NCBI GenBank assembly: GCA_965649225.1
Contig: CBFGJX010000028.1
Coordinates: forward strand, 1 to 25,896
DNA from: a candidate division WOR-3 bacterium
GTDB lineage: Bacteria; Hydrothermota; Tepidihabitantia; Tepidihabitantales; Tepidihabitantaceae
Reading direction: 5' to 3'
Length of the DNA: 25,896 nucleotides
Position numbers and translations under genes: made by a program. Under the pieces are notes generated by a model. It made no database searches, was not told the DNA's origin, and saw nothing but the letters and a program-made list of their open reading frames with translations. Below, in pieces: positions 8,461 to 16,740 of this stretch (its first letter is position 1; each line of letters opens with the position of its first letter).

Positions 8461-10893
8461 ATGGGGTGGAAGACACTCTCTGTTTCAGTTTCAGTCCTGC
8501 TCATCGTCGCCGCAGTCCGGTGCGAGCGCAAGCCGCGGTACGTAGTCCGGATTGCGGACGCGAACATCATCAGCTATGCGGTAGTAGCCGTCGACATCGA
8601 CGGAGACTCGTCGGACGAGCGGTATGGAGTCTGTAACTACATTGCCAGCGCCCGTGATGTGGAGGGGAGGTTCCTGTTGTCACACGACAGCTACCTGCCG
8701 CGGGGTTCGTCCGCCTCTACCGCCTGGGCTGTTGACCTGGGTGATGACTCGGTCCCGGACATCGTGGTCACTGCCGCCGTCCCCGGGTCGCTGTTTGTGT
8801 TCGTCGAGAATGTCAACGGTAGGCGATTGCGCCGGTTCGTGGTGGATGCGCCTCCCAAGAAGGGCGAACGGCAGTATGACGGTGGAATCCCGCACGCCGC
8901 GTTCGCAGACTTGGACAGTGACGGGGTCAAGGAGATGGTCGCGGGCGTCGTCTCGGGATTCGCCTGGCAGTGGCAGCCGCGCAGCGTAACAGCAGTTGAT
9001 CTGGTGACCGGTGAGAGGCTATGGCGGTTCGGGATGGGCACGCAGGTTTGGGCACTTGCTGTCGGAGATGTCGATGGGGACGGGCGACCGGAAACATACG
9101 TTGGCGGCACTGCGCCGTGTAACGGCTGTGTCGAGAATGGGTTCGCAGACCATATCGGGTACGTCTTCAGTTTCGACGATCGAGGTGGTCTGCGATGGAG
9201 CATCCCTGCCGAGGACGATAGCTCGGCAGCAAATGTCTCGATTGCCTTGGCCGAGTCGCCAGACGACGGCGGCCAGGTGCTCGTGGCGAATACGTTCAGC
9301 AATTGGGCATCAGACAGCGTCGACCGCCTGATGGTAATCGACCCGGAGAAAGGGACGGTCTTGCGGGATGTTCCTGTCCGTAACTCCACGAGCCATTTCG
9401 TCACGCTGGACGCAACAGGTGACGGCATCTCGGAGGTCGTGACCATCGAGGGTGACAGGGTCGTGGTACGAGACCTGAACCTGCGAACGGTTTCCTCGAC
9501 CCCGGCCGGCGTTCAGCTTGAACACCTGTGGCGGCTCGGATACATCATCCCCGGGGCTGCCGAGCAGATTCTCGTGTCCACGCGGGATGGCCATCTGCTG
9601 GTGTGGGATCCGGCCACTCGACATAGAACAGCGGCCGTAGAAGGTGGGGCGGACCTGAATGACTGGTGCGTGGTTCCTGTTCGGCTCGGCGCTGGCAGAC
9701 CCAGAGGGTTCATGGTACACGACGGAGTTACTGAACATACGTCGGGTCGCGCAGGAGTTGCACCGATTCCACGCTGGCAATTCTACCAGTTGGTTGCGAT
9801 GCCGCTGCCGTTCCCGTGGCCGTGGGCTGCTTCCACAGCCACTGCACTGCTTCTGCTGGCCGCGACCGCTCTGCTGTACTCCCGCGCCTCTTATCGCGAG
9901 TTCGTGCGTTACGTGACGCGCGGGATGGTAGAGCGGGCCGGCATCGTGATGTTCAGTAGTCGCGGACGCGTCACCTCTATCAACAATCGGGCGACCGAGT
10001 TGCTTATACTGCCCAAGAGCGTGAAGACCGGGGGTCTTGACGGTCTGCTGGCACAGCCGTCATTCGCGTCCCTGCGTTCGGAGTTTCCTAAGGTCAAGGA
10101 AGGTAAGTTGCGGCGAGCGGTCACGGATGTCGTGCTGGAAGTCGATGGGGTACAGCGGACTTTCCGGGCCGCGCTGTCGCGCCTGCGGCTGGGCGGGTAC
10201 CTGTTGAGTCTTGAGGACCTTGCCGCGGTCGAGTATGCGCGCAAAGTCGCCGCTTGGGGTCCGGTTGCCCAGCGCCTTGCGCACGGCATCAAGACGCCTT
10301 TGAGCACGATTCGGCTGACCGCGCAGGCGATGGAAGGCGCAGACCCTGAAGGGTCCAAGGTCATCGAGGAAGAAGTCGACCGGCTGGCGAAGATGACGGA
10401 TGGCTTTATGAGGCTGGCTGACTTCGAGCCGCCGCGACTTGAGGCGAAGGACATCAACGCCGTGGTCCAGCGGGCGCTGGATGAGCTGGGCATCGCGTCG
10501 CTGCCCGGCATCGAACTGAAGCTGAAACTGGCCGAAGGTCTGCCACAGGTCCAGCTTGACGAGGAACAGGTAGTGAGGGCTCTGGGTAACCTGGTGAACA
10601 ACGCGGTCGGCGCGATGCAGGGCAAGGGCCGGCTGGCGGTGGCGACACGGCAGGGTGAGTCGGCCGCGGAAGTCGTGGTAACGGTAGCGGATTCCGGGCC
10701 GGGGATTCCACCGGACTACCTTGCCAAGTTGTTCCAGCCGTTCTTCACGCGCAAGGCCGGTGGCACCGGGTTGGGCCTGACCATCGTGCGTAAGGTGGCC
10801 GAGGACCACGGCGGCAGGGTAGAAGTCGAGAGCGAGCCGGGCAAGGGCGCGACGTTCCGGTTCGTCCTGCCCGTATCGAAGGTCGTGGCATAG
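8461..10893 (+). CDS. Membrane sensor histidine kinase with extracellular FG-GAP/VCBS-like repeats
   Basis: N-terminal signal; DxDxDG repeats (DIDGD, DLDSDGVKE, DVDGDGRPE, DATGDGISE); TM helix; LAHGIKTPL, NLVNNA, DSGPGI, FQPFFT, GTGLGL. Confidence 0.92.
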   Translation: MGWKTLSVSVSVLLIVAAVRCERKPRYVVRIADANIISYAVVAVDIDGDSSDERYGVCNYIASARDVEGRFLLSHDSYLPRGSSASTAWAVDLGDDSVPDIVVTAAVPGSLFVFVENVNGRRLRRFVVDAPPKKGERQYDGGIPHAAFADLDSDGVKEMVAGVVSGFAWQWQPRSVTAVDLVTGERLWRFGMGTQVWALAVGDVDGDGRPETYVGGTAPCNGCVENGFADHIGYVFSFDDRGGLRWSIPAEDDSSAANVSIALAESPDDGGQVLVANTFSNWASDSVDRLMVIDPEKGTVLRDVPVRNSTSHFVTLDATGDGISEVVTIEGDRVVVRDLNLRTVSSTPAGVQLEHLWRLGYIIPGAAEQILVSTRDGHLLVWDPATRHRTAAVEGGADLNDWCVVPVRLGAGRPRGFMVHDGVTEHTSGRAGVAPIPRWQFYQLVAMPLPFPWPWAASTATALLLLAATALLYSRASYREFVRYVTRGMVERAGIVMFSSRGRVTSINNRATELLILPKSVKTGGLDGLLAQPSFASLRSEFPKVKEGKLRRAVTDVVLEVDGVQRTFRAALSRLRLGGYLLSLEDLAAVEYARKVAAWGPVAQRLAHGIKTPLSTIRLTAQAMEGADPEGSKVIEEEVDRLAKMTDGFMRLADFEPPRLEAKDINAVVQRALDELGIASLPGIELKLKLAEGLPQVQLDEEQVVRALGNLVNNAVGAMQGKGRLAVATRQGESAAEVVVTVADSGPGIPPDYLAKLFQPFFTRKAGGTGLGLTIVRKVAEDHGGRVEVESEPGKGATFRFVLPVSKVVA

Positions 10894-10906
10894 AGGTTGC
10901 ATTGCT

Positions 10907-12271
10907 ATGTCTGAAGTGAGACCAATGCTTGTCTATGTCGTGGACGATGACCCGCGGCTGGCCGATGCGCTCAGGCGGATACTGACGCAGGCCGGCTGGG
11001 AGGCACAGGCGTTCACCGACGGCAGCTCGGGCGTGAAGGCGGTGACCGAGCGGGTGCCCGATGCGCTGATGCTGGACCTGATGCTGCCGGACATCAACGG
11101 GCTGGAGGTCCTGCGGCGGGTCCGGGAGATTGCGCCGAACCTGCCGGTGGTGATGTTGTCCGGGCAGGGCAGCATCAAGGCAGCAGTAGAGGCGCTGAGG
11201 CTCGGCGCCTACGACTTCCTCGAAAAGCCGCCCGATGCCAACCGGATACGCGTGACGGTCAGCAACGCCATCGAGCGCGGCCGGCTCGCACGCCAAGTCG
11301 CGCACTTCAAGGCCGAGGTGGAAGACCGGTTCCGGATGATTGGGGAGAGCGCGGCGATGCGGCGCGTGCGTGAGCTCATCGCGCGGGCCGCGCCGACTAC
11401 GGCCAGCGTGCTCGTGACCGGCGAGAGCGGGGTCGGCAAGGAGTTGGTGGCGCGCGCCCTGCACCTGCAGAGCCTGCGGTCGGACGGGCCGTTTGTCGCG
11501 CTCAACTGCGCCGCAATCAGCCGGGACATCATCGAAAGCGAGCTGTTCGGCCACGAGAAGGGCTCGTTCACCGGCGCGTCGGCCCAGCGCAAGGGACGCC
11601 TGCAGGAGGCCGACACCGGGACGCTGTTCCTCGACGAGATTGGCGATATGAGTTTGGCCGCGCAGGCCAAGCTGCTACGGTTCCTGGAGAACGCCGAGGT
11701 CCAGCGGGTCGGCGGCAACCAGGCCCTGAGCGTGGACGCGCGGGTGGTCGCCGCGACCAACAAGGACCTGCCTTTCGCGGTCAAGGCCGGGAGCTTCCGC
11801 GAAGACCTGTATCACCGATTGAACGTCGTGGCCATCCGCGTGCCGCCGCTGCGCGAGCGGCGCGATGACATCCCTGCGCTGGTCGAGTTCTTTCTCGACC
11901 GGTACAGCCTCCGTCACAACCGGCGTGTCAGCATATCGCAGGATGGCGTGGCGCTGCTGGCGGCGCACGAGTGGCCGGGCAATGTCAGGGAGCTGCGCAA
12001 CCTGCTGGAGCGCGTCGTCGTGCTTGCCGAAACGCAGACGGTCGACGTCGCCGAACTGACGACCTTCCTCGACGGCAGCGAGGCGCCGGTGGCTGACGGC
12101 ACGCTCAAGGCCGTCGTCGACGAGGCCGAGCGCCACGCGGTCCAAAAGGCGCTGGCCGAGACCCACGGCAACATCACGGCCGCCGCGCGCCTGCTCGGCA
12201 TCGAGCGCCCGAGCCTGCACCGCATCCTCAAACGCCTCGGTATCGCGGCACTTTCTTCAGAGTCCGACTAG
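10907..12271 (+). CDS. Sigma54-dependent response regulator (NtrC family)
   Basis: Receiver VVDDD/LDLMLPD/KP; Walker A GESGVGKE; ESELFGHEKGSFTGA; LFLDEIG; WPGNVRELRN; C-terminal Fis-type HTH. Confidence 0.97.
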   Translation: MSEVRPMLVYVVDDDPRLADALRRILTQAGWEAQAFTDGSSGVKAVTERVPDALMLDLMLPDINGLEVLRRVREIAPNLPVVMLSGQGSIKAAVEALRLGAYDFLEKPPDANRIRVTVSNAIERGRLARQVAHFKAEVEDRFRMIGESAAMRRVRELIARAAPTTASVLVTGESGVGKELVARALHLQSLRSDGPFVALNCAAISRDIIESELFGHEKGSFTGASAQRKGRLQEADTGTLFLDEIGDMSLAAQAKLLRFLENAEVQRVGGNQALSVDARVVAATNKDLPFAVKAGSFREDLYHRLNVVAIRVPPLRERRDDIPALVEFFLDRYSLRHNRRVSISQDGVALLAAHEWPGNVRELRNLLERVVVLAETQTVDVAELTTFLDGSEAPVADGTLKAVVDEAERHAVQKALAETHGNITAAARLLGIERPSLHRILKRLGIAALSSESD

Positions 12272-12301
12272 CCCCTTCGACAACTGCCCGCGGCCTCAAC
12301 C

Positions 12302-12340
12302 GTAACCTTCCGGTTACACCACCTGTCACCCCTAGGTGAC
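12302..12340. promoter_or_regulatory. Tandem palindromic enhancer (UAS) candidates
   Basis: GTAAC-N6-GTTAC (12302-12317) and GTCAC-N6-GTGAC (12325-12340), 23 bp apart, about 120-160 bp upstream of a -24/-12 promoter. Confidence 0.65.
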
Positions 12341-12405
12341 AGGTGCGGCAGTGCCACTTGGGCAGAGAGTAACCGGTTCATCCGGACGCCCTCCTTCCTC
12401 GGTTG

Positions 12406-12440
12406 TTTTGGCCTTTGCGATTTGGCTTTTGGCCTTCGAC
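12406..12440 (+). repeat. Degenerate 7-nt tandem repeat (5 units)
   Basis: TTTTGGC CTTTGCG ATTTGGC TTTTGGC CTTCGAC; the reverse complement resembles the 8364-8391 units. Confidence 0.55.
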
Positions 12441-12457
12441 TTCGTCCTCTCGCTCGG

Positions 12458-12474
12458 TTGGCACATTCTGTGCA
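12458..12474 (+). promoter_or_regulatory. Sigma54 (-24/-12) promoter, copy 1
   Basis: TTGGCACATTCTGTGCA, with GG-N10-GC spacing. Confidence 0.8.
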
Positions 12475-12672
12475 TTCTGTCGTCCGATGCGGCGTTTGTC
12501 TGAAGGTGAGGGTGGCCGGGTGCAATGCCCGGACGATGTTCGCATCACTCAGGTCGTCAGTTATGTCCCCGTCAGAACAACGCACCGGATGGTGCAGGTG
12601 CGGCACCCGCACTGCAAAAGCAATCCGCGGCAGGGTGCCTGTCGTGGACAGAGGGTCTCAAGGAGGTAGGAG

Positions 12673-13110
12673 ATGAACGTGCTGTTCATCGTCATTCTGT
12701 CGATCGTCGCTACCGGCGAGAGCTCAGATCTGCCTGAGTCGACGGTTGGCAGGGTGGCTGTGGAGAAAGCGCCCGACGTGGCTGTGGAAACGGAGTTGCC
12801 CGTGTCGACGCAGGATCACTCGACGACGGCACCGAGACAGCCTCTCAAGGCAGGTCTGGGGGTGAAGACAGACTACGCTGCCGATCAGCAGTACGTGGGG
12901 CTGAACACGACCGAACAGAGCAAGGCAGCAGAACTCAAGTTGTCGCGGGCTTCACGGACCCGGATCAGGAAGGAAACAGCAGCCAAGCTGCGGAGTGAGA
13001 GTGGCAGTGCCACCGGTCCCTTGACGTTCCTCGAACGGGTCAAGGTCAGGCTACTGAGGGCTGAACGCCAGAAGCCGGTGCGGCGCTCGGGCGCGGATGT
13101 CGTCGAGTAG
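12673..13110 (+). CDS. Hypothetical secreted protein
   Basis: AGGAGG RBS; hydrophobic N-terminus MNVLFIVILSIVATG; no family recognised. Confidence 0.65.
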   Translation: MNVLFIVILSIVATGESSDLPESTVGRVAVEKAPDVAVETELPVSTQDHSTTAPRQPLKAGLGVKTDYAADQQYVGLNTTEQSKAAELKLSRASRTRIRKETAAKLRSESGSATGPLTFLERVKVRLLRAERQKPVRRSGADVVE

Positions 13111-13125
13111 CCGCGAGGAGGGTGC

Positions 13126-15330
13126 ATGAACTTGAGATTCCTTGCCCTGCTTACGATTGCTTTGGCAGCCGCGCACGGCCTAGTCGTCACAGGGGCCGAT
13201 GTCGTTCGGCCGCCCGCCGGCGATTACGGAACTGATGGCTGGGAAACGGTAATGACCGAGGGCTTCGAGGGGGTCTGGCCCAGCACTGGCTGGTCGGTGG
13301 GCGGAAACCCGACATGGGACGATGAGAGTTATCGGCCCAGGACTGGGAGCTGGAGCGGCTACTGCGTTGGCTCCAGCGTAAACCCGCCCGGGCCTTACCC
13401 AATCAACGTCAACGCTACCGCTACTTACGGGCCGTTCAGCCTGTCCGGCTGCACGGATGCCGAACTGAACTTCTATCACTGGACTAAGACAGAGAGCGGG
13501 TACGACTCGCTTATCTGGTACTCTTCAGTCAATGGCACGAGCTGGACGCGCCACGGTGCCCGCACTGGAAACATTGGAAGCTGGCAGTACGTCTCCCAGG
13601 ACCTGAGTAGTCGAGCGGGACAGAGCCAGGTCTGGATCAGATTCCAGTTCAAGAGCGACGCGAGCGTCGGCGACGAGGGAGTCTATCTGGATGACATAAT
13701 CCTAAGGCGGTATCGTGAAACCACCCCGCCCACGCAACTGACCGATGACGTTGCCGTGTCCAACTCCACGACGCCCAAGCGGTACTACTACAACCAGACT
13801 CAGCCCTACTGGCATGCGGTGGGAATCAGGTCATCCAGCGACTGGGACGTCGCGCTGTACAACAGCGATTTCACTGACCTCCTGGCTTCCTCTGAGGGTA
13901 CCGAGGCAGTCGACTTCTGCCTCGGTGACGGCAACCACCAGACGGGCACCTACGGTGTCGAAGTCTACCGCTACGCCGGGACGGCGTCTTCGGTCGTCGA
14001 GTACGAAGACAACACCGAGACGTTCGAGTATGGCCAGACCAACGGGCCCTACAGCTGGACTGCGGGCGATGTTGTCGAGTGTTACGACATCTACCTCGAG
14101 TCTGGTGAGGGCGGCACTTGGACACTCGACATCACATCCGGGAGCGCGGACCTCGGATTTGCCATCTACAAGTCCAACGGCGGACCGTACTTCTGCGGCA
14201 AGTATGACTGGGAGGCGCACTCCGACGGAAGCGGCGGCGGTGGTGACGAGTCGTTCAGCTACACCGCACCTGCATCCGACTGGTACGGCGTCGTCGTTTG
14301 GGCGAACGACGGCAACTCGTGCAGCTACACCGTGAGACCCGGCAATGTGCCACCGCCACCGCAGACCTTGGATGAGGATGTCGCTGTCACAACTTCCGCC
14401 GACCAGCGGTATAGGTATCAGCAGAACTCGATCTACTGGAACGTCGTAGGAGTTCGTTCGCCAAGCGGGTCGGATTGGGACATAGCGACCTACGATCAGA
14501 ACTTCCAGAATCCCCCCCGTGCTGCCTCAGGAGGCACGGATTTTGTGGACTTCTGCGTGTCCGACTGCAATCATGCAGCCCAGGACATCATGGGGGTCCA
14601 GGTCTATCGCTACAGCGGTACGGGTTCAGCAACGGTGGAATACGAAGGCGGCGCCGACGCGCTTACTCAAATCTGGCCGTCACGAAACGGTCCGTACAGC
14701 TGGCCGGCCGGTGACGTCGTCGAGGCCTACGATGTATTCATGGATCACTACCGCGGTCGCTACTTCACAGGAGCGATCCGTGTAGACATCACCGCCGGCA
14801 CTCCGGACCTTGGGATCGCAGTGTTCAAGTCGCCCCCCAACTACCAGGGCAGATACGAGTGCACCGATCAAGTCGATTCCTACGGTCCGGGTGGCGACGA
14901 GCTGCTGGAGTTTGACCCTGATCGCTGGCCGCTGCCGTGGAGCGACTGGATGGGTATCGTAGTCTGGAACAACAACGCCAACGGTGGCACGTACTACATC
15001 GATGTAGTAGAAGACTTCGTCGCCGTCGAGGAGCCGGTCAGTGAGGTAGCGGTGCGAAACGGACTTCGCAGTGTATCGCCCAACCCGACCAAGGGCACGA
15101 CACACGTGACCTACACGCTGCGCGAGCAGGGCAAGGTCCGCCTGGTAGTGTGCGACGCGGCCGGCCGCGTGGTGCGTCAACTGGCGTCCGGCGTCCAGGG
15201 GAGCGGCGTACACGTCGCTTCTTGGGATGGGCGCGACGAGAGAGGCGCGGCTGTCGCCGAAGGCGTTTACCTAGTCCGTCTCGACGTAGCGGAGGGAAGT
15301 TACACCGAACGCATCGTCCGCGCCAGATAG
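13126..15330 (+). CDS. Secreted beta-rich protein with adhesin/MAM-like N-domain, two ~210-aa repeats and a FlgD-Ig/T9SS-type C-terminal domain
   Basis: Signal peptide; EGFEG..P..GW and VWIRFQFKSD...EGVYLDDI jelly-roll motifs; duplicated unit; C-terminal SPNP...WDGRD..G...GVYLVRL. Confidence 0.85.
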   Translation: MNLRFLALLTIALAAAHGLVVTGADVVRPPAGDYGTDGWETVMTEGFEGVWPSTGWSVGGNPTWDDESYRPRTGSWSGYCVGSSVNPPGPYPINVNATATYGPFSLSGCTDAELNFYHWTKTESGYDSLIWYSSVNGTSWTRHGARTGNIGSWQYVSQDLSSRAGQSQVWIRFQFKSDASVGDEGVYLDDIILRRYRETTPPTQLTDDVAVSNSTTPKRYYYNQTQPYWHAVGIRSSSDWDVALYNSDFTDLLASSEGTEAVDFCLGDGNHQTGTYGVEVYRYAGTASSVVEYEDNTETFEYGQTNGPYSWTAGDVVECYDIYLESGEGGTWTLDITSGSADLGFAIYKSNGGPYFCGKYDWEAHSDGSGGGGDESFSYTAPASDWYGVVVWANDGNSCSYTVRPGNVPPPPQTLDEDVAVTTSADQRYRYQQNSIYWNVVGVRSPSGSDWDIATYDQNFQNPPRAASGGTDFVDFCVSDCNHAAQDIMGVQVYRYSGTGSATVEYEGGADALTQIWPSRNGPYSWPAGDVVEAYDVFMDHYRGRYFTGAIRVDITAGTPDLGIAVFKSPPNYQGRYECTDQVDSYGPGGDELLEFDPDRWPLPWSDWMGIVVWNNNANGGTYYIDVVEDFVAVEEPVSEVAVRNGLRSVSPNPTKGTTHVTYTLREQGKVRLVVCDAAGRVVRQLASGVQGSGVHVASWDGRDERGAAVAEGVYLVRLDVAEGSYTERIVRAR

Positions 15331-15347
15331 CTCCAGACGGTCCTTGT

Positions 15348-15375
15348 GAGGGGTCGGCGGAGACGCCGACCCCTC
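15348..15375 (+). terminator. Strong hairpin after the 734-aa gene
   Basis: 12-bp stem GAGGGGTCGGCG/CGCCGACCCCTC with a GAGA (GNRA) loop; weak U-tail. Confidence 0.65.
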
Positions 15376-15396
15376 TGCTGTTGGGTATAGCCGTAA

Positions 15397-16325
15397 TGGA
15401 CTTCCCCCGATATGAAGGACACGCGGGAAAGCGGCTGTAGACTCATGTCGGAGGTACCGAATGGCCGAGCAAACGAAGTCCGATGTCCGTCGGAGCTACA
15501 CGCGTGAGTACAAGCAGGAAGCGGTCCGGCTGGCCAACGAGAGCGGTCTGTCGGTAGCCCGGGTTGCGCGTGACCTGGGTCTCAACAAGAACACCCTGTA
15601 CAAGTGGCGGCAGGAACTGGCGAACGATACTGAGCAGACCTTCCCCGGCAAAGGCAAGCTCAAGCCCCAGGACGAGGAGCTCAGGCGGCTGCGGCGAGAG
15701 GTACAGACGCTGCGGCAGGAGCGGGACTTCTTAAAAAAAAGCCGCGGTCTGGCTGGCGCGGGAAGCGCACAAAAATACCGATTGATAGCGAGCCAGGCCG
15801 GAATGACACCCGTGAAACTGATGTGCCGGGCAGCCGGCGTCTCCCGCAGCGGGTACTATGCGTCCAAGCGTCGGCCGCCGAGCCGGCGTTCAGTCCAGAA
15901 CCATAACCTGGAGCAGGAGATCCGTACCATCTTCAGGGAGAGTCGTCAGACCTACGGCAGCCCGCGGGTCTGGTCCGAGCTGAAGGGCAAGGGGGGTACG
16001 CTGCAGCCGCGCCCGGGTTGAACGGCTGATGCGGCGTGCCGGGCTGGCGGCGGGCAGAAAATGCAGCGCCCGGCCGGCCCAGGAAGAGGGTCACGGCTGG
16101 CCGGTAGCGCCCAACGTGCTGGACGGCAACTTCCGGGCCGAAGGTCCGGACCGGGTCTGGCTGACCGACATCACCTATGTCCCGACGGAAGAGGGCTGGC
16201 TGTACCTGGGTGTGGTGCTGGACCTCTGCTCGCGCCGGGTGGTCGGCTGGGCGACGGACCCGCGACGAGCCCGTCGGCTGACCTGCGCGGCACTTGAGAT
16301 GGCGCTGGGCCGACGCCGGGGGTAG
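15397..16325 (+). mobile_element. IS3-family insertion sequence, right-truncated
   Basis: Candidate left end TGGACTTCCCCCG...GGACAC; orfA, A-run frameshift site and partial orfB; no right end; abuts the repeat at 16326. Confidence 0.88.
15461..16325 (+). pseudogene. IS3 transposase orfA/orfB, frameshifted and truncated
   Basis: OrfA YTREYKQEAVRL...VARDLG...LYKW...ERDFLKK; OrfB VSRSGYY, TYGSPRV, WLTDITYVPTEEGWLYL..VLDLCSRRVVGW; extra G at 15991-15996; ends before the second D and the E of the DDE triad. Confidence 0.88.
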
Positions 16326-16326
16326 C

Positions 16327-16425
16327 ATCACGGCCGCCGCGCGCATCCTCGGCATCGGGCGCCCGAGCCTGCACCGCATCCTCAAACGCCTCGGCATCGC
16401 GGCACTTTATTCAGAGTCCGACTAG
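16327..16425 (+). pseudogene. Remnant HTH C-terminus of the sigma54 response regulator
   Basis: Translates ITAAARILGIGRPSLHRILKRLGIAALYSESD*, nearly identical to the end of 10907-12271; no start. Confidence 0.85.
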
Positions 16426-16611
16426 CCCCTTCGACAACTGCCCGCGGCCTCAACCGTAACCTTCCGGTTACACCACCTGTCACCCCTAGGTGACAGGTGC
16501 GGCAGTGCCACCTGGGCAGAGAGCAACCGGCTCATCCGGACGCCCTCCTTCCTCGGTTGTTTTGGCCTTTGCGATTTGGCTTCTGGCCTTTGACTTCGTC
16601 CTCGCGTCCGC

Positions 16612-16628
16612 TTGGCACGCTCTGTGCA
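16612..16628 (+). promoter_or_regulatory. Sigma54 (-24/-12) promoter, copy 2
   Basis: TTGGCACGCTCTGTGCA, with GG-N10-GC spacing. Confidence 0.8.
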
Positions 16629-16740
16629 CCCTGTTGTCCGATGCGACACACCAAGAAGTCCATCACGGCGGCACCGAGCCGAATGACAGCTGACCTGAGG
16701 CTCCAGCGGTGCGTGGGGGAGTTGGCTTGCAGGAGGTAGT

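Larger units (their letters stand above)
12172..12491 (+). repeat. 320-bp direct repeat, copy 1 (regulator 3' end, enhancer and sigma54 promoter)
   Basis: Colinear ungapped match to 16326-16645; about 19 mismatches by manual count (about 94% identity). Confidence 0.95.
16326..16645 (+). repeat. 320-bp direct repeat, copy 2
   Basis: Matches 12172-12491; contains identical palindromes at 16456-16494. Confidence 0.95.

Noticed and set aside
12500..12620. Riboswitch-like leader (CCGGGTGCAATGCCCGG and other small hairpins)
   Set aside because: Core cobalamin riboswitch motifs are missing; short hairpins are expected in GC-rich DNA
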